Below, piece after piece: positions 7,077 to 10,448 of a stretch of 10,448 bases of DNA (position 1 is its first letter; each line of letters starts with the position of its first letter). Made by a program: the position numbers and the translations under genes. Below the pieces are notes generated by a model. The model saw only the letters and a program-made list of their open reading frames with translations, was not told the origin of the DNA and made no database searches. Source of the DNA: Promethearchaeota archaeon (lineage in GTDB: Archaea; Asgardarchaeota; Thorarchaeia; Thorarchaeales; Thorarchaeaceae); the NCBI GenBank assembly GCA_027031765.1, contig JALVPN010000172.1, forward strand, positions 1 to 10,448, written 5' to 3'.

Positions 7077-7673
7077 GCATACTGGCTGCCCCTGATACTC
7101 CGGGTCGGCAAGTACTTCATGTGGGTGGCCTACGACGCCTTCAGGAACGGCTTCGGACGGATTGCGCCGGCCCTCCTGCGCTGGCTCCAGAACGTGCCCC
7201 CACTCAAGTGGCTCCTGAGGTGGGGACGTGCGTACAGCCCGTGGCCCGTCCAGTACGGTCTCGGCTGCTGCATGGTGGACGGTGCTGCTGCGGTGGCCTC
7301 CCGGTGGGACCTTGAGAGGTTCGGCATGCTGCCACTGTTCGGGCCGCGACAGTGCGATGTCCTGTGGATATCGGGCTCCCTGACCAAGAAGATGGCCCCT
7401 CGTCCCCGCCGGATCTATGAACAGAGGCCAGAGCCCAAGTTCGTCATATCGTTCGGCCAGTGTGCCGCCAGCGGCGGGCTGTTCTGGGACGGGTACTCCC
7501 TGATGACCCCACCCGACAAGGTGGTACCTGTCGATGTCTACCTGCCGGGCTGCCCACCAAAGCCCTCCGACTTCATGAGGGCGCACCTGATACTACAGAA
7601 CAAGATCCGGGCAGGCACGACACACTGGCAGCGCAAGTACGAGGCCCAGGACGCTATGGGGGTCATACGGTAG
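5733..7673 (+). CDS. Fusion protein: GlcD/D-lactate-dehydrogenase-like FAD-linked oxidoreductase (VAO/PCMH family) plus NuoB/FpoB-like [4Fe-4S] subunit (646 aa)
   Basis: One uninterrupted ORF. N-terminal part: PDAIVQP..., PRGAGTSGYGGAIP, VEPG, SATVGG, EGILGII, FDPKEISNPGK. C-terminal part: WPVQYGLGCC, DLERFG, PRQCDVL, TKKMAP, GQCAASGG, VPVDVYLPGCPP. ATG 5733 has a GGAGA SD; the ORF-track GTG 5685 is less likely. Confidence 0.92.
   Translation: MGLNRRQLARLGEIFGDRLITDKHELVLHGVDVGTLPKQVGWLMNTKPDAIVQPESPEEIAELYRFANEESVPVVPRGAGTSGYGGAIPRKGGIVVDMRWMRRVLTVDREGLTITVEPGISWADLQFELNQQGLDLRCYPSSGLSATVGGWVSQGGDGIGSLKYGNINENVVELEVVLPNGKTVRTRDTDLFCDTEGILGIITKVTLKVKPLVPIRCIVASFPENYLMVFAMERILEEGPLPFTIKFEESKYTDLKKKMWDRPEPFPFPVHHGTVLVAYEGDDEEIEEGFETVRRVAAELKGTVYDEHVAEHEWADRFYPMRVKKMGPTLVVGQAFAPLEGLEGVLDDFQFEQASAPAGLDGYVTSRTGTTIMGYFLEDERRHFFMLSWSQSFIIFKLAQKYGGHVHSTGIWFANYAEQYFGKRRLARIRAAKLKFDPKEISNPGKVFAYWLPLILRVGKYFMWVAYDAFRNGFGRIAPALLRWLQNVPPLKWLLRWGRAYSPWPVQYGLGCCMVDGAAAVASRWDLERFGMLPLFGPRQCDVLWISGSLTKKMAPRPRRIYEQRPEPKFVISFGQCAASGGLFWDGYSLMTPPDKVVPVDVYLPGCPPKPSDFMRAHLILQNKIRAGTTHWQRKYEAQDAMGVIR
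7221..7673 (+). other. nuoB: NuoB/FpoB-like domain of the fusion with all four N2-cluster cysteines
   Basis: Cys codons at 7266 and 7269 (tandem CC), 7461 (GQC) and 7551 (PGCPP). Tandem CC is characteristic of NuoB, whereas group 4 hydrogenase small subunits have CxxC. Confidence 0.9.
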
Positions 7674-7901
7674 TGGCAGCAGGCCCACAGGCCGCGCTCA
7701 ACACGATGACGGATGCAAGACCATAGGCGAGGGACTACGCTACGTCCTAGGCGCTGCGGTGACCCCCACTGTGCACCTGCATGCCGGTGGTGCGCGGATG
7801 CGCGGGACGAGCACCCGGGCAGGGCACGTCCTGCGTCCTCTTGGTGCACCTGATGGGCACCGGCAGTGTCATGGCCACGGGGCAGGTCGTGGCCGATGGC
7901 G

Positions 7902-7914
7902 CAAATACTTATAG
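7902..7914 (+). promoter_or_regulatory. Putative BRE/TATA (CAAATA-CTTATAG) for the 7957 gene
   Basis: AT-rich element 43 nt upstream of ATG 7957. Confidence 0.5.
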
Positions 7915-7956
7915 TGGACTGGCACCGGGAATCCCGAAAGGGACGGAGCTAGGACA

Positions 7957-8427
7957 ATGAAGCTTCGCGAAGACAGTGACCCCTACTGCATGCTATGGGT
8001 CGGGGTACTCCTATTGGGTGCCTACTACTTCAATTTCCTCTACCGGTCGTATACACTGGCCGGCTACATCACCACGATGACCCCGTACCTCATGCCACTT
8101 ACTGTCATCCCACTGGTACTGGTGGTCACCCTCATCGGGTACCTGCGTCCGGCCAGGAGCAGGGTCAAGCCGACAATGCTCGCCCTCTCAGCCGTACTCG
8201 GGCTGTTCATCGTCGTCTTCTCGCTGCTCGTCCCACCGGACATGGGTGGGGGCGTGTTCCTTGCCAGCTGGGGGATTGGCGCTGCACTCCTCACGGCCGG
8301 CGGCTTCTCAATAATGCACCCCCTCGAAGACAGTGTGACACCCGGTATGATGGACGTGTCGGCGCTACACTATGGCCCACCAGCCGAGGAGGCCCCGTCA
8401 GGAGAGGCCCCCGAACAGACAGGCTGA
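7957..8427 (+). CDS. Small 4-TM hypothetical membrane protein with acidic/Pro-rich tail (156 aa)
   Basis: Four hydrophobic segments, a basic central loop (LRPARSRVKP), GGAG/AGGA SD-like sequence and a TATA-like element upstream. Confidence 0.8.
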   Translation: MKLREDSDPYCMLWVGVLLLGAYYFNFLYRSYTLAGYITTMTPYLMPLTVIPLVLVVTLIGYLRPARSRVKPTMLALSAVLGLFIVVFSLLVPPDMGGGVFLASWGIGAALLTAGGFSIMHPLEDSVTPGMMDVSALHYGPPAEEAPSGEAPEQTG

Positions 8428-8647
8428 CCGGTCTCACGGCACCCCGGTCTCAGCGGCAGCGCACAGTTGACCGTACGGGAGTGCGGCTGTGCCTGCCTGC
8501 AACTCCCGGAAGGAAGACGGGGGACAATCGGTATCGACGACAGACACTCAGCCGTGGGCCACATACATCGCTCAGGACCACTACACTAGCACGGCAGTCC
8601 GGCAGTAGTCCGGGCCTGCAGTCCCAGTCCCAGCCGTGCCGTGAGCC

Positions 8648-9007
8648 CTACTCTCTGAGCCAGCTGAGCGCTGCGAATGACAGGAGCAGGCCAAAGGCAA
8701 CCCATGCGAACATGACGATACCCATGAGGTCCGTGAAGAGGGCGAGGTCGAGGTAGCCGTGCACGCCACCAATGAGGCCTGACAGCACGGTGAGCATGAC
8801 CCTGCCCGGGCGCGAGGCTGCAAGGGCAAGCCCGTATGTAGAGGAGACCAGCAACAGGCCGGACACGAAGAGGATGTAGTTGAAGACAGCGCCGGGCGTG
8901 ATCGACATGAGCACGACCCAGAAGTACGCGCCGAGAAGGCCCGCACCTATGAGGAGCACCAGATAGTAGAAGAAAGCACCTTCCTCAGAGACCGTCAGTT
9001 GAACCAC
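8648..9007 (-). CDS. Small 4-TM hypothetical membrane protein (~119 aa), probable paralog of 7957-8427
   Basis: Four hydrophobic segments and a basic central loop (SRPGR). Start taken at GTG 9007 (uncertain by a few codons). The upstream ORF-track extension overlaps its own promoter. Confidence 0.8.
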   Translation of the reverse strand: MVQLTVSEEGAFFYYLVLLIGAGLLGAYFWVVLMSITPGAVFNYILFVSGLLLVSSTYGLALAASRPGRVMLTVLSGLIGGVHGYLDLALFTDLMGIVMFAWVAFGLLLSFAALSWLRE

Positions 9008-9051
9008 CCGATTCTCTCTTGACTCGGTGCGACAGGTCTGACTACGACCGG

Positions 9052-9066
9052 TATTTAACTCCTTTG
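9052..9066 (-). promoter_or_regulatory. BRE/TATA (CAAAGGAG-TTAAATA) for the 8648-9007 gene
   Basis: Canonical archaeal-type TATA 45 nt upstream of the start, preceded by a purine-rich BRE-like stretch. Confidence 0.6.
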
Positions 9067-9159
9067 AGAGGAGCTGCATGCCCTCTGTCGGCCCGGTCGT
9101 CACGTGGGGGCCTGCGGTGCTCCGGAGACCGACCACAGGAGCACCTCACGGGGTCGAAG

Positions 9160-9172
9160 TGTTTTTATTATG
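9160..9172 (+). promoter_or_regulatory. Putative TATA (TGTTTTTATTATG) for the nuoA-nuoJ operon
   Basis: Strongest AT-rich island upstream of nuoA, about 185 nt before the start. It shares TGTTTTTAT with 5661-5669. Confidence 0.5.
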
Positions 9173-9353
9173 CAAGTCAGTACGCGCGAGTCCAACCACA
9201 GGACTGCAGGGCCTGACCCAAGCGGTGAGGACTGCAACCCAAGGACAAAACATGGCCCGTGGTATGACGCCGGACGGAAGGCACTGGTCGCACACAGGGG
9301 TTGCCGGGCCTGACACCATGGCGTGGTGCTGGCGGGCAGGGTGGTCTTCGAAT

Positions 9354-9794
9354 ATGAGGCTGTTCATGGACTTCGTTCCCGTCCTGGTCTGGGCCCTCCT
9401 GGCGGCGGCGCTTGTGATCGTCATGCTCCTGGCCTCCTGGGTGCTGCGGCCGCATGTGCTCCAGAACTCGGAGAAGACCGCCACCTATGAGTGCGGCGAG
9501 GAGCCCATTGGGCCTGCAAGGATTGCATACCCGTACAACTACATTGTCTATACGGTCCTGTTCGTAGTTGTCGATGTGCTGACTGCGTTCCTGTGGCTGC
9601 TCTCAGCGACACCCCTGAGGACATCTCAGGCCGTTGTCTGGCAGGTGTTGCTGTTCATCCTTGTCATCATGTTCGGCATCGGGTATGCCGTGCGCCGCGT
9701 ACCGGAGACCATCCTCTCAGGAGAAGAGACGCTGCGCCTATACCGCCAAGCAAAGGCCGCAGTGGCCGACAGTGAGGCAGGAGGCACCGAGTGA
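9354..9794 (+). CDS. nuoA: Complex I-like subunit A (NuoA/FpoA/ND3)
   Basis: Three TMs and the loop motif EKTATYECGEEPIGPAR, followed by YNYIVYTVLFVVVDV. Start at ATG 9354 or 9366. Confidence 0.9.
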   Translation: MRLFMDFVPVLVWALLAAALVIVMLLASWVLRPHVLQNSEKTATYECGEEPIGPARIAYPYNYIVYTVLFVVVDVLTAFLWLLSATPLRTSQAVVWQVLLFILVIMFGIGYAVRRVPETILSGEETLRLYRQAKAAVADSEAGGTE

Positions 9795-10448
9795 TGCAAG
9801 GGGTCGAAGCACTGTTCGAACAGGTAGAGTTCATAGCAATCACCGTGGTGGTGCTTGTCCTGGCATACCTTGCCCTGGAACACAGGGAGATTGTATACGC
9901 TGCGTTCTTCTTCGGCATGATGGCGGCCACCGTTGCGGGGTACTACCTGCTGCTTGAGGCCCCGTTCGTTGCAGGGATGCAGATTGCAGTGTACACTGGC
10001 GGCATAAGCGCCCTCATAGTGTTCGGTGTGCTGCTCCTACCACGTGCCCAGGACTCCACGCTCGAGAGGTTCAGCCCCCCCATGAAACGGCGCCTCGGCC
10101 TGCTGATATCAGTGGTCGTGACATTCTTCGCTGCAGTCCTCGGCCTCACCTTCCAGTGGTACCAGTCCTTCCCGGCAGGCAGGCCCGAGGCCTCACAGGA
10201 CCTCCAGGGACTGGCGGAGTGGCTCTGGGGCAGCCATGGTATCTACGTACAGATTGTTGCCCTCATCATACTGACTGCTCTGGTCGGCTCGATTGCCATC
10301 ATGCGGATGGAGAAGGCCGAACGGCTGCGGCCCATTGTGGCCGAGTTCGGCACCGAGACAGGGGTGGTCGGTGGACAGGACGGTGATGGCCCAGACAGTG
10401 GAGGGAATGGGGGGTCAGACAACGGTGACGGGGAAGGAGGGAGAGGCG
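9794..10448 (+). CDS. nuoJ: Complex I-like subunit J (NuoJ/FpoJ/ND6), open at the window end
   Basis: My translation from ATG 9794 (TGATG overlap with the nuoA stop) reads MQGVEALFEQVEFIAITVVVLVLAYLALEHREIVYAAFFFGMMAATVAGYYLLLEAPFVAGMQIAVYTGGISALIVFGVLLLP..., including the NuoJ A.FVA..QI.VY.GGI motif. It has 5 TMs and no stop before 10448. It is absent from the supplied ORF track. Confidence 0.9.
   Translation, partial: MQGVEALFEQVEFIAITVVVLVLAYLALEHREIVYAAFFFGMMAATVAGYYLLLEAPFVAGMQIAVYTGGISALIVFGVLLLPRAQDSTLERFSPPMKRRLGLLISVVVTFFAAVLGLTFQWYQSFPAGRPEASQDLQGLAEWLWGSHGIYVQIVALIILTALVGSIAIMRMEKAERLRPIVAEFGTETGVVGGQDGDGPDSGGNGGSDNGDGEGGRG

Noticed and set aside
5814-7586. 590-aa antisense ORF
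   Set aside because: Shadow of the GC-rich FAD-NuoB gene on the opposite strand, with no motifs of its own.
7221-7673. C-terminal domain as a group 4 [NiFe]-hydrogenase small subunit
   Set aside because: Tandem CC (GLGCC) and adjacent nuoA/nuoJ favour NuoB/FpoB; hydrogenase small subunits have CxxC. A final call needs the large subunit.
7674-7956. Spacer as SRP RNA, a tRNA or a SECIS element
   Set aside because: No SRP helix-8 motif or cloverleaf recognised, and the upstream gene has no in-frame UGA.
8428-8647. Short tandem motifs (CAGTCC x3-4, CCGGTCTCA x2) and the 12-bp palindrome at 5584-5595
   Set aside because: Too short and irregular for CRISPR or mobile-element ends, and expected by chance at this GC content.
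7957-9007. The 4-TM pair as an antiparallel SMR/Fluc-type heterodimer
   Set aside because: No SMR TM1 Glu or Fluc GxxGxxTTFS motif, and charge bias predicts the same orientation for both proteins.
9078-9353. ORF-track N-terminal extensions of nuoA (9078), the 4-TM gene (9136) and the HdrD-like gene (1271)
   Set aside because: They overlap promoter-like elements and do not resemble the respective families.

Overview
GC-rich prokaryotic window, most likely archaeal: it has GGAGGTGA-type ribosome-binding sites, TATA/BRE-like promoters, an HdrD-like protein and a complex I-like module. An Asgard/Thorarchaeia-type origin is my impression only and cannot be proven here. Left to right: (-) an HdrD/GlpC-like Fe-S oxidoreductase that stops before its second CCG domain; (-) a 2-TM hypothetical protein; a ~1.1 kb gene-poor gap; (+) two coupled membrane proteins sharing a paralogous beta-rich domain, the first with an ECF S-component-like N-terminus; (+) a 646-aa in-frame fusion of a GlcD/VAO-family FAD oxidoreductase to a NuoB/FpoB-like [4Fe-4S] subunit; two convergent, apparently paralogous 4-TM proteins; and (+) nuoA directly followed by nuoJ, which runs off the window and is missing from the ORF track. 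A 72-bp, 89%-identical non-coding repeat occurs twice. The main candidate for a new system is a rearranged complex I-like pump whose NuoB carries its own flavin module, possibly working with the HdrD-like protein.
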